64,000 bases of DNA from an uncultured Gammaproteobacteria bacterium (GTDB taxonomy: Bacteria; Patescibacteriota; Patescibacteriia; UBA9934), in assembly GCA_964613815.1 (NCBI GenBank), contig CAZTKG010000004.1, positions 25,892-89,891 of the forward strand, in the 5' to 3' direction. The notes under the pieces are model-generated. The model searched no databases. It was not told the DNA's origin and saw only the letters and a list, made by a program, of their open reading frames with translations. Within the stretch, counting starts at the first letter, position 1. Each line of letters opens with the position of its first letter. The position numbers and the translations under genes are program-made. This document shows, piece by piece, positions 1 through 9,688 of this stretch.

Positions 1-1
1 T

Positions 2-739
2 CTCAAGCTCGCCGACGCCGAAGTCATCATCATGATCGAAGGCACCGCCCCGATCATCTTCGACGCCTTCCACCCCGAAGACGCCGAACGCGTCCTCCTC
101 AGAGGCGTCAAGGACGAACCAGACCGAACCTCCAGCATGGAGAAACGTGCAGACAAAGCACTCTACAAAGGCCCCAAACTCGGAAAAGACACGACACACC
201 TCGTCATCCCCACTGCCAATCTCTGGGCATCCATCCGAGGAGGCGGAAAAGGACTCAAGACGGCAAACAAAAGCGTCTTCACAACGAGCAAGGACAAAAC
301 CCTCCTTCCCGCCCTTCTCAGATTCACACACACCAATGTATTGCTTCTGAGACGAACCAGGGGGACAAGTGTCCGCTGGGTATCCAGCCAAGACCGCCTC
401 CCAGACGGCAGACTAGGTCGCAACCCCAACAACAATGCCGCAACCTTCATCGCCAGAGCAAGCCTCGAAGCTGGATGGCTCGGCCTCGCTCACGCCGTCG
501 TCACCGCCGGAGGCATCGAAGGCGTCACCCTCGGCACCATCCAAACCCTCCTCGAACGTGGCGGCAGACTCGAAGGCCTCTGCTCCTTCCGCCCCGCCTG
601 CTCCGGCAACTTCGGCACCTACCGCCCAGTCCATCTGGCTGTCCGCCCCCTCGCCGAAGACGCGCAGAGCTACAAGGGTCCAAACCTCACCTCCGTTCTC
701 GGCGGCCGAGGTATCGCAAACAAGACATTTGCCGCATAG
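2..739 (+). CDS. hypothetical protein, 5'-partial at window edge; paralog of 844..1602
   Basis: Frame stays open to position 2. It shares with the next ORF an H-x-V-I-P-x-x-N-L block and the C-terminal motif G-P-[ND]-L-[TP]-[ST]-V-L-x-x-R-G-[IV]-A-N-K. A hairpin plus T-run follows at ~757-778. Confidence 0.5.
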   Translation, partial: LKLADAEVIIMIEGTAPIIFDAFHPEDAERVLLRGVKDEPDRTSSMEKRADKALYKGPKLGKDTTHLVIPTANLWASIRGGGKGLKTANKSVFTTSKDKTLLPALLRFTHTNVLLLRRTRGTSVRWVSSQDRLPDGRLGRNPNNNAATFIARASLEAGWLGLAHAVVTAGGIEGVTLGTIQTLLERGGRLEGLCSFRPACSGNFGTYRPVHLAVRPLAEDAQSYKGPNLTSVLGGRGIANKTFAA

Positions 740-843
740 ACGCCCACACCCCCCTCAAAAAGGGGAGTTTTTTTATCCAAATCCATTGACATCACACACC
801 CAACCTGCTACATTCCCTCTCCGCTCATTACACAGGAGACTCC

Positions 844-1602
844 ATGCCAAAAGACACCTACCTACGCATCACCATGACCCTCTCAGCCCTCAACGGCTCC
901 CCCCTACTCATGGAACGCTGCGCCCCAGACCGCATCCCCATCCTCAAGCAAGACCCCCCAAAAAAGACAAAAGACGGCAAAAAAAGAAGGTATCGTAAAT
1001 CCGACCTCAAGCCCTCCCCCGACCCAACAGACATCCCGCCAGAAGAAATCGCACGAGCTAAACTCTACATCAACGAAACCGGCCACCCCGTCATCCCTGC
1101 CATCAACCTCCTCACCTGCCTCCGAGAAGCCGGTCGTCACATCAAGGTCAAAGGAATCCCCCTCACCCGAGCAAACGGAACATCCATCGTCCACAAGGTC
1201 ATCACCTTCAACGCAGAAGCCTTCCCCCTACACAACATGCTCGGCGATACCCCTATCACCGTCGACGTCATCCAAGTCGACAAACGAAAAGGTCAATCCG
1301 GCCCCATCGCCCGCCCCGTCTTCGACGAATGGCAATTCCACGTCACCATGACCGTCCGCACAAACGCTCTCGGCGGCACGCTCAGCAAATCCCTCATCCG
1401 CAGCCTCGTCGCCACCGCCGGCGCCAGAATCGGCATCATGGCTTTCCGCAAGATAAAAGGCCACTCTTCCCCCTTCGGCAAATTCGAAATCACCGCCTGG
1501 CACGCAGAGTCCTGCAACGGCCCCACCACCTCCTACACCGGCCCCGACCTCCCAACCGTCCTCACCGCCCGCGGCGTAGCAAACAAATTCGCCACCCACT
1601 AA
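844..1602 (+). CDS. hypothetical protein, tandem paralog of 2..739
   Basis: AGGAG lies 6-7 nt upstream of ATG 844. Shared motifs with the preceding ORF. Terminator-like hairpin+T at ~1606-1626. Confidence 0.6.
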   Translation: MPKDTYLRITMTLSALNGSPLLMERCAPDRIPILKQDPPKKTKDGKKRRYRKSDLKPSPDPTDIPPEEIARAKLYINETGHPVIPAINLLTCLREAGRHIKVKGIPLTRANGTSIVHKVITFNAEAFPLHNMLGDTPITVDVIQVDKRKGQSGPIARPVFDEWQFHVTMTVRTNALGGTLSKSLIRSLVATAGARIGIMAFRKIKGHSSPFGKFEITAWHAESCNGPTTSYTGPDLPTVLTARGVANKFATH

Positions 1603-1685
1603 CCACCAATCGGTGGTATTTTTCTTGCCAAATTCAATATTCACCGCTAACATTACTCTTCGTTCATTCAAAACAGGAGCACCAC

Positions 1686-3572
1686 GTGCAAAACCTCACC
1701 CTCCAAGCCCTCCTCGCAAACTTCCCGCACCCAACCCCGCGCCCCCTCCAGCTCGACGCATTCAACCAAATCGTCGCCACAAAAGGCCCCGGCGTCATCC
1801 TCGAAATGCCCACAGGAGGAGGCAAAACCGCCATCTACATCGCCGCCGCACGCACCATCGTGCAAGCCGGCAAGGGCCCAGTCATCATCGCCACCCCCAC
1901 AAAAGTACAACTCGACCAAATCGCCGCAAAATTCCCAAACGACGTCATCGTCACAAGCGGACGCAGCGACTACGAGTGCAACCTTTTCGCAGAAAAACAC
2001 GGCGAACCCGGCACCTCCGCCGCCGACTCCCCCTGCTACATGCTCGACTGCCCCCACCGCGTCAACATGGACTCCGGCAACGTCCAAGACCCATCGGCCA
2101 CCCCCTGCAACTACTACCAGGCCAAATGGAATGCACACGTCGCCATCCATCGCGGCAAGATCCTGCTGACCACCGTCGCATGGCTCCTCACAAACCGACT
2201 CCTCGTCAAACAGTGGCGCACCATCACCCCAGCCCTCACCATCATCGACGAAATCCACCGCCTCCCGCAAACTGTCAGATCCCTCTTCCGCCGCCAAATC
2301 ACCGACTACCACATCGGAAAAGTCGCCGAAGCCCTCGAGCCACACGCTCCAGATGAAGCCACAGAACTCCACGCATTCAGTAGACTCCTCGGCGAAATCA
2401 CAAGAACTCACGGTAGCAAGACATCACAGCCAGGGAAAAAGCACCTACTCAAGCAAGAGGACCTCAAAAAACTCATCACAGCCGCGCGCAAAATCGACAC
2501 CGCCAAAATCAAAAAAGCCACCAAGGCCGCCATCGATTCCGGCGCCCTCGATCCTACTCACGACAGAGCCGAACTGAACACCCTCGAGTCCATCGTCCTC
2601 GGCCTCCATCGCATCATTAGAAGCATGGAATACGGCACAACCGAGCACACGAAGCACCCAACAAACTTCGTCATCGCCTACTGGTACCCAGATTGGTACC
2701 TCGACAACACCAAAAAACGAGCAGCGACCACCCTGGTCATCCACTCGTACTACGTCGCCGGCGCCATCAACGCCGTCGTGGGCAGCCAAATCTTCGGCGC
2801 ATCCGCAACCCTCGGCAACCACAGAATCTTCGGCCACGAATCAGGCATCAAAGCCCCCATCGTCTCCATAGGCTCAGCATTTAACGCCGACAACACCCGC
2901 CTCTACCTCCCATCAGACGCCATCAGCCTGTCCCACCCCTCCGCAGCCACACGAAAAAAGAGACGAAACAAGGCACTCAGACGCATCATCACCGCAGCCC
3001 TCCGTTTCACCACAGAAGGCCACCGCTGCCTCGTCATCGTCCAGTCAGAAACAGAACGAGCCAAATTCGCAGAATTCGCCGCAGCATCATCACTCCAAGT
3101 GGTGACCTACGACGAAACCCAAAACGCTCGAGAGGCAACCGCCGCGTTCAAAAAAGGCAAAGGCAACGTCCTCCTAGGCACCGCCGCGCACCTCGCAGAA
3201 GGCTTCGACGCCCCTGGCACAATCGCCCCCGTCACCTTCTTCCTCCGCGCCGGCTTCCCGCCCAAAGATGCTCCCCAAGCCCAATTCGAACACCGCCGCT
3301 TCGGCAAAAACGGATGCTGGGCCATCTGGCAACACCGAGCAGCTATCCAAGCCATCCAAGCAAGAGGCCGAAACGTCCGCACAGCAACCGACCGCGGAGT
3401 CACCTTCTTCATCTCCGCCCAATTCCGCTCCTGGCTCTTCAACGCAATCCCCAAATGGCTCCAATCCGCCTACAAAGGCAACCTCATCATGGACACCTGC
3501 ATCGAAGACGCCCTCACGCTCCTGGCCACCCGAACCGGAACCCCAACCTCCGGCGCCCGCGAAGCCATCTAA
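1686..3572 (+). CDS. dinG: DinG/XPD(Rad3)-family ATP-dependent DNA helicase with FeS-cluster cysteines
   Basis: AGGAG then GTG at 1686. Walker A M-P-T-G-G-G-K-T, DEAH-like I-I-D-E-I-H, four Cys between the motor motifs (E-C-N-L-F, P-C-Y-M-L-D-C, T-P-C-N-Y-Y), and C-terminal V-L-L-G-T-A-A-H-L-A-E-G-F-D helicase motif. The upstream part of the long ORF (1329-1685) overlaps the previous gene. Confidence 0.7.
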   Translation: MQNLTLQALLANFPHPTPRPLQLDAFNQIVATKGPGVILEMPTGGGKTAIYIAAARTIVQAGKGPVIIATPTKVQLDQIAAKFPNDVIVTSGRSDYECNLFAEKHGEPGTSAADSPCYMLDCPHRVNMDSGNVQDPSATPCNYYQAKWNAHVAIHRGKILLTTVAWLLTNRLLVKQWRTITPALTIIDEIHRLPQTVRSLFRRQITDYHIGKVAEALEPHAPDEATELHAFSRLLGEITRTHGSKTSQPGKKHLLKQEDLKKLITAARKIDTAKIKKATKAAIDSGALDPTHDRAELNTLESIVLGLHRIIRSMEYGTTEHTKHPTNFVIAYWYPDWYLDNTKKRAATTLVIHSYYVAGAINAVVGSQIFGASATLGNHRIFGHESGIKAPIVSIGSAFNADNTRLYLPSDAISLSHPSAATRKKRRNKALRRIITAALRFTTEGHRCLVIVQSETERAKFAEFAAASSLQVVTYDETQNAREATAAFKKGKGNVLLGTAAHLAEGFDAPGTIAPVTFFLRAGFPPKDAPQAQFEHRRFGKNGCWAIWQHRAAIQAIQARGRNVRTATDRGVTFFISAQFRSWLFNAIPKWLQSAYKGNLIMDTCIEDALTLLATRTGTPTSGAREAI

Positions 3573-3692
3573 CCCGCCCAAACAGGCGGTTTTTTATTCG
3601 CCCACATCAAACAAACACTTCACAAGTTTAAACAGTTGACAATCATCAAAATCTCCGCTAATATTCCCAACCAACGTTCATTAGGAGCACCA

Positions 3693-3824
3693 ATGCCCGA
3701 ATCCGTAGAAATGTCCCGCGCCCGCATGCGCTTCATCATCTTCGCCGAACCCATCACAGGCGCCTTCGCTCTCATCTGCGCCATACTCGGCGTCGGCTTC
3801 TTCTTCACCCAAGAACCGTTCTGA
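3693..3824 (+). CDS. small hydrophobic protein (one TM segment)
   Basis: AGGAG is 6 nt upstream of ATG 3693. Hydrophobic C-terminal half. Confidence 0.35.
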   Translation: MPESVEMSRARMRFIIFAEPITGAFALICAILGVGFFFTQEPF

Positions 3825-3872
3825 GTCTTTCAAAACGACCTCTTCCTCCTCGGAAAAGGCGCTAGCTACGGC

Positions 3873-4109
3873 ATGATCGCATTCGCCATGATCACCGGCC
3901 TCCGAGAAAACCATCCAATCCTCCCCGGTATCCTCGGACTCTTCGCCCTCGTCACCGCCATCTTCACCGGCATGCAAATATTCATCCTCCGAGCCATAGG
4001 CATCCTCATCGGCTACATCATCGGAAACCTACTCCTGACAGTCATCGGCAATCAAGATGACCTCACCGCCGCCAAAACCCACAACTCCATGGACGCCCTC
4101 GGACTCTAA
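3873..4109 (+). CDS. small membrane protein (two TM segments)
   Basis: 78-aa ORF with two hydrophobic helices. Hairpin+T-run terminator at ~4112-4140. Confidence 0.4.
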   Translation: MIAFAMITGLRENHPILPGILGLFALVTAIFTGMQIFILRAIGILIGYIIGNLLLTVIGNQDDLTAAKTHNSMDALGL

Positions 4110-4207
4110 TATCCCCCAAAAGGGAGTTCTTTTTTTATTACCCATCCCCATTGACTTCCCCCCATTTTCATGCTACAATTCCCCGTCCTTTTCACAACGA
4201 GGCACCA

Positions 4208-5047
4208 ATGCTGAATCTCACCCTCCTGCTCCTGCTGACCCTCTTCTCCTGCGACGACAAAGAGGAATCCCGAACCCCTCCCCCCGCAGAAACCACTCAG
4301 ATCTCCCCCACCCCAAAAGCATGCGCCTTCGGAGAACGCGCAGAGGACACCAAAACCCCTCCCTACGTCGACACCGAGGCGATCTGCGCCAAACGAACCA
4401 AACTCCGCCCCATGGAAGCCTCCATGCTTCCCATCATCACGAAGCGCTACAACGCCAGACTCGCGCAACACGGCATCGACATATACATCGAACGCTGCCT
4501 CTCCTTCCGGGACATCTTCACACAGGTCGAATCCCTCACCCTCCTCCCCGCAGCCCTCATCGCCGGCTTCGCCATGAGCGAAAGCGGCGGCTGCAAACAG
4601 TCCGCAAGAGGATCAAACGGCGACATCAGCATCATGCAGATCTTCGCCTCAAGCGCCAAACACCGCCGAACCACCGCCAAGCTCCTCGACATCAAAGTCG
4701 ACAATCTCGACTACAGCGAAAACCCCCTCCACAACATCCTCCTCGGCGCCGTCATCCTCGCAGACTATGAAAACCGTGCAAGCTCCCGCTTCCACGGCAT
4801 CCTCTCCTACAACACCGGCCCCACCGGCATGCGCCGCATCGCCCGCAAGATCAAAAGAGGAACTCTCCCGCCCCTCATCGCCATGCGAGCCAAGGCTCCG
4901 ACGACGACCATCAAACACTACGTCGAACGCGTCATCGCCGACGCCACCATCATGATGGCCGCCCTAGAGGGAACCCTCATCCAGCCACACGACGCCCTCT
5001 CCCCAACCCAAATCCCCGGCTGGAACCCCGCCGATGATTGCAACTAA
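4208..5047 (+). CDS. lipoprotein, lytic transglycosylase (SLT domain)
   Basis: Lipobox L-F-S-C after ATG 4208 (AGGCACCA-ATG). E-S catalytic motif A-M-S-E-S-G-G-C and an S-Y-N-T-G-P-T-G block typical of family-1 lytic transglycosylases. Stem-loop cccccgcacccgcggggg plus T-run at 5058-5098. Confidence 0.65.
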   Translation: MLNLTLLLLLTLFSCDDKEESRTPPPAETTQISPTPKACAFGERAEDTKTPPYVDTEAICAKRTKLRPMEASMLPIITKRYNARLAQHGIDIYIERCLSFRDIFTQVESLTLLPAALIAGFAMSESGGCKQSARGSNGDISIMQIFASSAKHRRTTAKLLDIKVDNLDYSENPLHNILLGAVILADYENRASSRFHGILSYNTGPTGMRRIARKIKRGTLPPLIAMRAKAPTTTIKHYVERVIADATIMMAALEGTLIQPHDALSPTQIPGWNPADDCN

Positions 5048-5211
5048 CAATCATCAAAACCCCCGCACCCGCGGGGGTCTATCTTTTCTATCTATCGTCC
5101 ACAGGACCCAATCGCCCCAAAGGGGCCCTATCGTTTCGATTCATCGAAATCCTATCATCATCCCATCTCGACCAACACAAAGAAATCTCTCCAATCCAGT
5201 CAAAACAAAAC

Positions 5212-6282
5212 CTATGCAATACGAAAATGCATCACATCCCCATCCTTCACAACATACTCCTTCCCCTCAACCCTTAACTTCCCCTGCTCCTTCGCCCCAT
5301 GCTCCCCACCACAAGCCACAAAATCCTCATAAGCCACAACCTCCGCCCGAATATACCCTTTCTCAAAATCCGTATGAATCTTCCCCGCCGCCTGAGGCCC
5401 CGTCATCCCTTTCGTCACCGTCCAGGCCCGCGTCTCCTTCTCACCAGTCGTTAAATACGTAATCAAATTAAGCATCCCATAACTCTCCCGAATCACCCGA
5501 TCAAGCCCACTCTCTTCCAACCCTAAATCCCCCAAAAATTCTTTCGCCTCATCCCCATCAAGCACCGCAATCTCACTCTCAATCTTCACACTAAGCGGAA
5601 TAACCCGCCGATCATCACCAAAATCAAGCCCATTCCCAATCTCACCTTCATCCACATTCCCTACATACAAAATAGGCTTCATCGTAATCAAACTGCTGCT
5701 AATCCCCTTCACAACTTCTCGCTCCAAATCAGAAATCTCCACCTCACGAACCATCTTCCCAGCCTCCAAAGCCCCTTTAAACCGCTCCATGACCCCCTTC
5801 TCCATTTCCAAATCCTTATCACTCCCACTTCTTAATTGCTTTCCCAAATTCTCGACCCGCTTCTCAACAATAGCCAAATCCGCAAGCATCAATTCCATCT
5901 CAATCACCTCAATGTCCCGCCCAGGATCAACACTCCCATCAACATGCGCCACATCCCCCTCTTCAAAAGCACGAACAACATGTAAAATCATATCCGTCTC
6001 GCGAATATTAGCCAAAAACTTATTCCCAAGCCCCTCCCCCTCACTCGCCCCCTTCACAAGCCCAGCAATATCAACAAACTCAATAGCCGTCGAAATCACC
6101 TTCTCCGACTTCGACATATCCGCCAAAACACGCAAACGATCATCCGGAACTTCCACAATCCCAACATTCGGCTCAATCGTACAAAACGGAAAATTCGCAC
6201 AATCCACCTGCTTTTTGGTGAGTGCGCTAAACAACGTAGATTTCCCCACATTTGGGAGTCCAACAATACCAACTTTTAACAT
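5212..6282 (-). CDS. ychF: ribosome-binding ATPase YchF (Obg-like GTPase family)
   Basis: M-L-K-V-G-I-V-G-L-P-N-V-G-K-S-T P-loop, D-I-A-G-L-V, TGS-like C-terminus, full-length collinear match to YchF. Confidence 0.9.
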   Translation of the reverse strand: MLKVGIVGLPNVGKSTLFSALTKKQVDCANFPFCTIEPNVGIVEVPDDRLRVLADMSKSEKVISTAIEFVDIAGLVKGASEGEGLGNKFLANIRETDMILHVVRAFEEGDVAHVDGSVDPGRDIEVIEMELMLADLAIVEKRVENLGKQLRSGSDKDLEMEKGVMERFKGALEAGKMVREVEISDLEREVVKGISSSLITMKPILYVGNVDEGEIGNGLDFGDDRRVIPLSVKIESEIAVLDGDEAKEFLGDLGLEESGLDRVIRESYGMLNLITYLTTGEKETRAWTVTKGMTGPQAAGKIHTDFEKGYIRAEVVAYEDFVACGGEHGAKEQGKLRVEGKEYVVKDGDVMHFRIA

Positions 6283-6398
6283 ACCGCCCAATCATAAACG
6301 TCAATCACCAATCAAACAAGTCCAGAGATTGACACAAAGCCATTTTTCTGGTTGGATTAGCAGTGTTCATTCACAATTTTCTTCTATTCGGAGTCACA

Positions 6399-6914
6399 AT
6401 GCTCATCGCATTCTTCACCCTGATACTCTCCATCATCTCCCCTGCAGCTGCGTGCCCTACCGGCACCACGAACAAGGATCTCATCGCACCCATCCAGGCC
6501 GCCATGATCGCCGCCTTCAAGCAGGTCGACATGGAAGCCTTCAGCGCCTCAGCAAGCAAAGCTCAGACGACCTTTCTCTGCCTCCAAGAACCCATCAGTC
6601 ACGAGGCCGGAGCGGCATACCACCGCCTCCAAGCCGTCACGCTCATGGTCTCAGGAGATGAAGAAGGAAGCCGGCTCGCTTTCGCTGCAGCCATCCGACT
6701 CGATCCAACCTACCGTTTCACCATTCTTCCAAGTGGCCACGCCGTTCTCACGGCCTACGGAGCGGCAAGATTCATCGAAATCGGAGAAAAAGTACAGGTC
6801 ACAGATGACCTTATCGACGGCTCATCACAAGGCGTTGCCCTCTCCGACCTCCCCTACATCGGCCAACAAGTCGACGAAGAGTCCATCGCCAAAACCACCT
6901 ACCACAAACCATAG
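6399..6914 (+). CDS. hypothetical secreted/membrane-anchored protein
   Basis: GGAG upstream of ATG 6399. N-terminal hydrophobic segment ending A-A-A-C. Confidence 0.4.
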   Translation: MLIAFFTLILSIISPAAACPTGTTNKDLIAPIQAAMIAAFKQVDMEAFSASASKAQTTFLCLQEPISHEAGAAYHRLQAVTLMVSGDEEGSRLAFAAAIRLDPTYRFTILPSGHAVLTAYGAARFIEIGEKVQVTDDLIDGSSQGVALSDLPYIGQQVDEESIAKTTYHKP

Positions 6915-6923
6915 GAGTAGCAC

Positions 6924-8498
6924 ATGCAAGGCCTCAAGCCACACAGACGCTACAAGCTGATTCAAGAAATCGGCTCAGGCGGAATGGCATTCGTGTGGCT
7001 CGGTGAAGATAAGCGGTTCGGTGTACAGCGAGCCCTCAAGATTCTCCAGCCTCACGTCCTCCAATCCGACATCGTCATCGAGCGTTTCAAGCGGGAAGCG
7101 GAGCTACTCATGCAACTCGCGCACCCGAATGTCATCACACTCTACGACGTCGGCGCCTTCATCGACGAAACCGGACGCGAGCACCCCATGCTCATCATGG
7201 AACTCGCCAAAGGAAGTCTCGACAAATTCGTCGGGCGCGGAACACGACTTCCAGACCATCAACTCGCAAGAGCTATGATCGACGTCCTGGAAACGCTTGC
7301 CTACATCCACGAAGCAGGAGTCATCCACCGGGACATCAAACCCGGCAACATCCTCATAGACCGCTGGGGCGTCTACAAGCTTTCCGACTTCGGTGTCGCA
7401 CAAGACCCAAAACACTTCGGAGAGCTCACCGGCATCAATCTCACCATGGGATCCGGACGATATCTCTCGCCAGAATCGTTCAAAGCCGCGGCAAGCATGG
7501 GACCACGCGCAGACATTTTCGCGCTCGGCATCACCATTCTCGAACTCGCGAGCGGAAACATCGCAACCCCAGGAACCGCCAATATCGCCGAACAACTGCC
7601 AAATTTCATCGATTCCGTTCCACCTCCATGGCGCGAAATCGTCCGAAGAGCAATCCGAGTCAATCCAGACGACAGATTCCAGACGGCAGAAGAGATGCTC
7701 GCAACAATCCGGGAAGCAACAGGTATCCAAACGTCGGATCCAAGGCCAATCGTCATCCTGCAAGAAGCTCCTACTTCAACAACGATCACGACACCGCGCC
7801 ACGAACCGACTTCAAAACCTCTACCTCCACCAAAACCGCTACCCCCATTCCGTCCACAGCCAGGAGATGCCTGGCGCGCCCCGGAATGCACAATCCCAGG
7901 AATCGCCATGTCACCGCCAGCAGACCGAAGACCCTTCATCCGTCTCAGCGCGGCAACAAGCATCCTATGCTTTCTGTGCACGCTAATCGCTCTCTTCATC
8001 CCAGAAGCCGAGCGAAGCGCCGAGGCAGCACAAGTCGAAAAGCCAAGCGTTATCGAAACAGTCGCTAGCCTCATCGTCGATACCGGAATCATCCCCCCAC
8101 TGACCCCGACCATCGACACCGGAGAGCACCCCAAGATCATCGCACCCCCCGCCCCAAAGGAAACCCCTTCCCCAAAAGCGAATGCAAAGCCTCCACAAAA
8201 GGCAAAACAAACGCAAAAACCGGAAGAAGTCCCAAAGGCCATCAAGCGCAGGTCAACCCTCCGAAGCGTCACACTTCATCAAGACACGCAAGTAGCCGGC
8301 ATCAAAGTCTGGCTCGCCGACGCCGACACGGGTGAGGTCCGCAATCTGGGAGCAACGCCCAAAGGCAGATACTTCATCCTCGCCGACTTCGGAAACGGAA
8401 GAAAACCCGCAGGCGAAGTCGACGTAACAATCGGCGCTGCCAATTGGCGCGTCAAATGCGTCAAAGCCTTCCAAACCTGTACCACCGAACATCGGTAA
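6924..8498 (+). CDS. Hanks-type Ser/Thr protein kinase with C-terminal TM and extracytoplasmic domain
   Basis: AGGAG upstream. G-S-G-G-M-A-F-V, A-L-K, H-R-D-I-K-P-G-N, D-F-G-V-A motifs. Pro-rich linker and hydrophobic segment. Terminator hairpin 8499-8530. Confidence 0.85.
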   Translation: MQGLKPHRRYKLIQEIGSGGMAFVWLGEDKRFGVQRALKILQPHVLQSDIVIERFKREAELLMQLAHPNVITLYDVGAFIDETGREHPMLIMELAKGSLDKFVGRGTRLPDHQLARAMIDVLETLAYIHEAGVIHRDIKPGNILIDRWGVYKLSDFGVAQDPKHFGELTGINLTMGSGRYLSPESFKAAASMGPRADIFALGITILELASGNIATPGTANIAEQLPNFIDSVPPPWREIVRRAIRVNPDDRFQTAEEMLATIREATGIQTSDPRPIVILQEAPTSTTITTPRHEPTSKPLPPPKPLPPFRPQPGDAWRAPECTIPGIAMSPPADRRPFIRLSAATSILCFLCTLIALFIPEAERSAEAAQVEKPSVIETVASLIVDTGIIPPLTPTIDTGEHPKIIAPPAPKETPSPKANAKPPQKAKQTQKPEEVPKAIKRRSTLRSVTLHQDTQVAGIKVWLADADTGEVRNLGATPKGRYFILADFGNGRKPAGEVDVTIGAANWRVKCVKAFQTCTTEHR

Positions 8499-8599
8499 CA
8501 TCCGCATCATTCGATGCGGCTTTTTTTATCAAACCACTTGACATTTCCCCAAAACAAACATAATCTACCCCCTCGTTCATTTCATTCATCGGAGCCACC

Positions 8600-9664
8600 A
8601 TGCATATCCTCCTCGCAGCACTTTTGCTGCTCACACAGGCATTCGCAACCCCACACGCCCGAACCATCATCGTCGGCGTCCCAGGTTACGCAAATGCCCC
8701 CGAGGCATACGCAAGCCTTCCAAACGCCACCAACCACTGCCTCGCAATTCGAGGCATCCTCAAGAGAGAATCTCCACTCGCCCTCTGCACCACAGAACTG
8801 ACCGAAAAAGAGGCAATCCTCAAGGCCACAACAGTCTTCATCCAAAACCCAGAAGACACGACTCCAGTCGCCATCTTCTGGCGAGGACTCGCCCTCTCCG
8901 GACCAAGTCTCGCCGCAAGCGACACAAAGATCTACGAGCCCCCAAACGGCTCCGAAATCTCCCTGAGCACCCTCAGTGACACACTGGCACGCGCCGCTCC
9001 AAACGCAGTCCGTGCCATCATCACAAACACGGCGCCAGGCGAAACCACAGACGAATTCCTCATCCCAGACGGACACGAAGACATCAACATCCCCGGAGCA
9101 CTCGTACTCCACATCACTGCAAGAGGCGAAGGAATCACCGAGGAGACAACCAGAAACGCAACCATGGACTGCTGGCTGAACGCCGGAGACTCCATCACTG
9201 CCGACGGCAACCTCCAGGCAAACGAATACGCCTACTGCATCTCGCGAGCACTCCCATCTTCGACCCTCCACTTCATCGGAAACTGGCGCGAACAAACCCT
9301 CACCGGCCCAATCACGCCTCCCCCTCCACCACCTCCGCCTGAAGTCATCGAAGACGATCCACCGGAAATCAAAACCCGACGAATCACCCACTCGGCAGTA
9401 AAGCCAGTCACGATCTCAATCGGTACCGCCAGCTTCATCGCTGCCGGCACCCTCACTGCGATCGCTGAACTGGAACGACTGCGCCTCATCGATGCGAACG
9501 CTTCCTACGGCTCCTTCCGGGAAACAAAAGAAGCAGCAGCTCGCTACGATCGCATGCGATTCGCAAGCTACTACCTCTTCGCCACCTCCGGCGTCACGCT
9601 TTCCCTAGGCACCACGAGCATCATCGTTTCCGCTCGCCAGGCGCGCATCAAGAAAGCCTTCTAG
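8600..9664 (+). CDS. hypothetical exported protein with poly-Pro linker and C-terminal TM
   Basis: Signal-like N-terminus, P8 run, C-terminal hydrophobic helix. Immediately downstream of the kinase. Terminator-like hairpin at 9667-9695. Confidence 0.5.
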   Translation: MHILLAALLLLTQAFATPHARTIIVGVPGYANAPEAYASLPNATNHCLAIRGILKRESPLALCTTELTEKEAILKATTVFIQNPEDTTPVAIFWRGLALSGPSLAASDTKIYEPPNGSEISLSTLSDTLARAAPNAVRAIITNTAPGETTDEFLIPDGHEDINIPGALVLHITARGEGITEETTRNATMDCWLNAGDSITADGNLQANEYAYCISRALPSSTLHFIGNWREQTLTGPITPPPPPPPPEVIEDDPPEIKTRRITHSAVKPVTISIGTASFIAAGTLTAIAELERLRLIDANASYGSFRETKEAAARYDRMRFASYYLFATSGVTLSLGTTSIIVSARQARIKKAF

Positions 9665-9688
9665 CCACCCATCAGGGTGGTCATTTTT

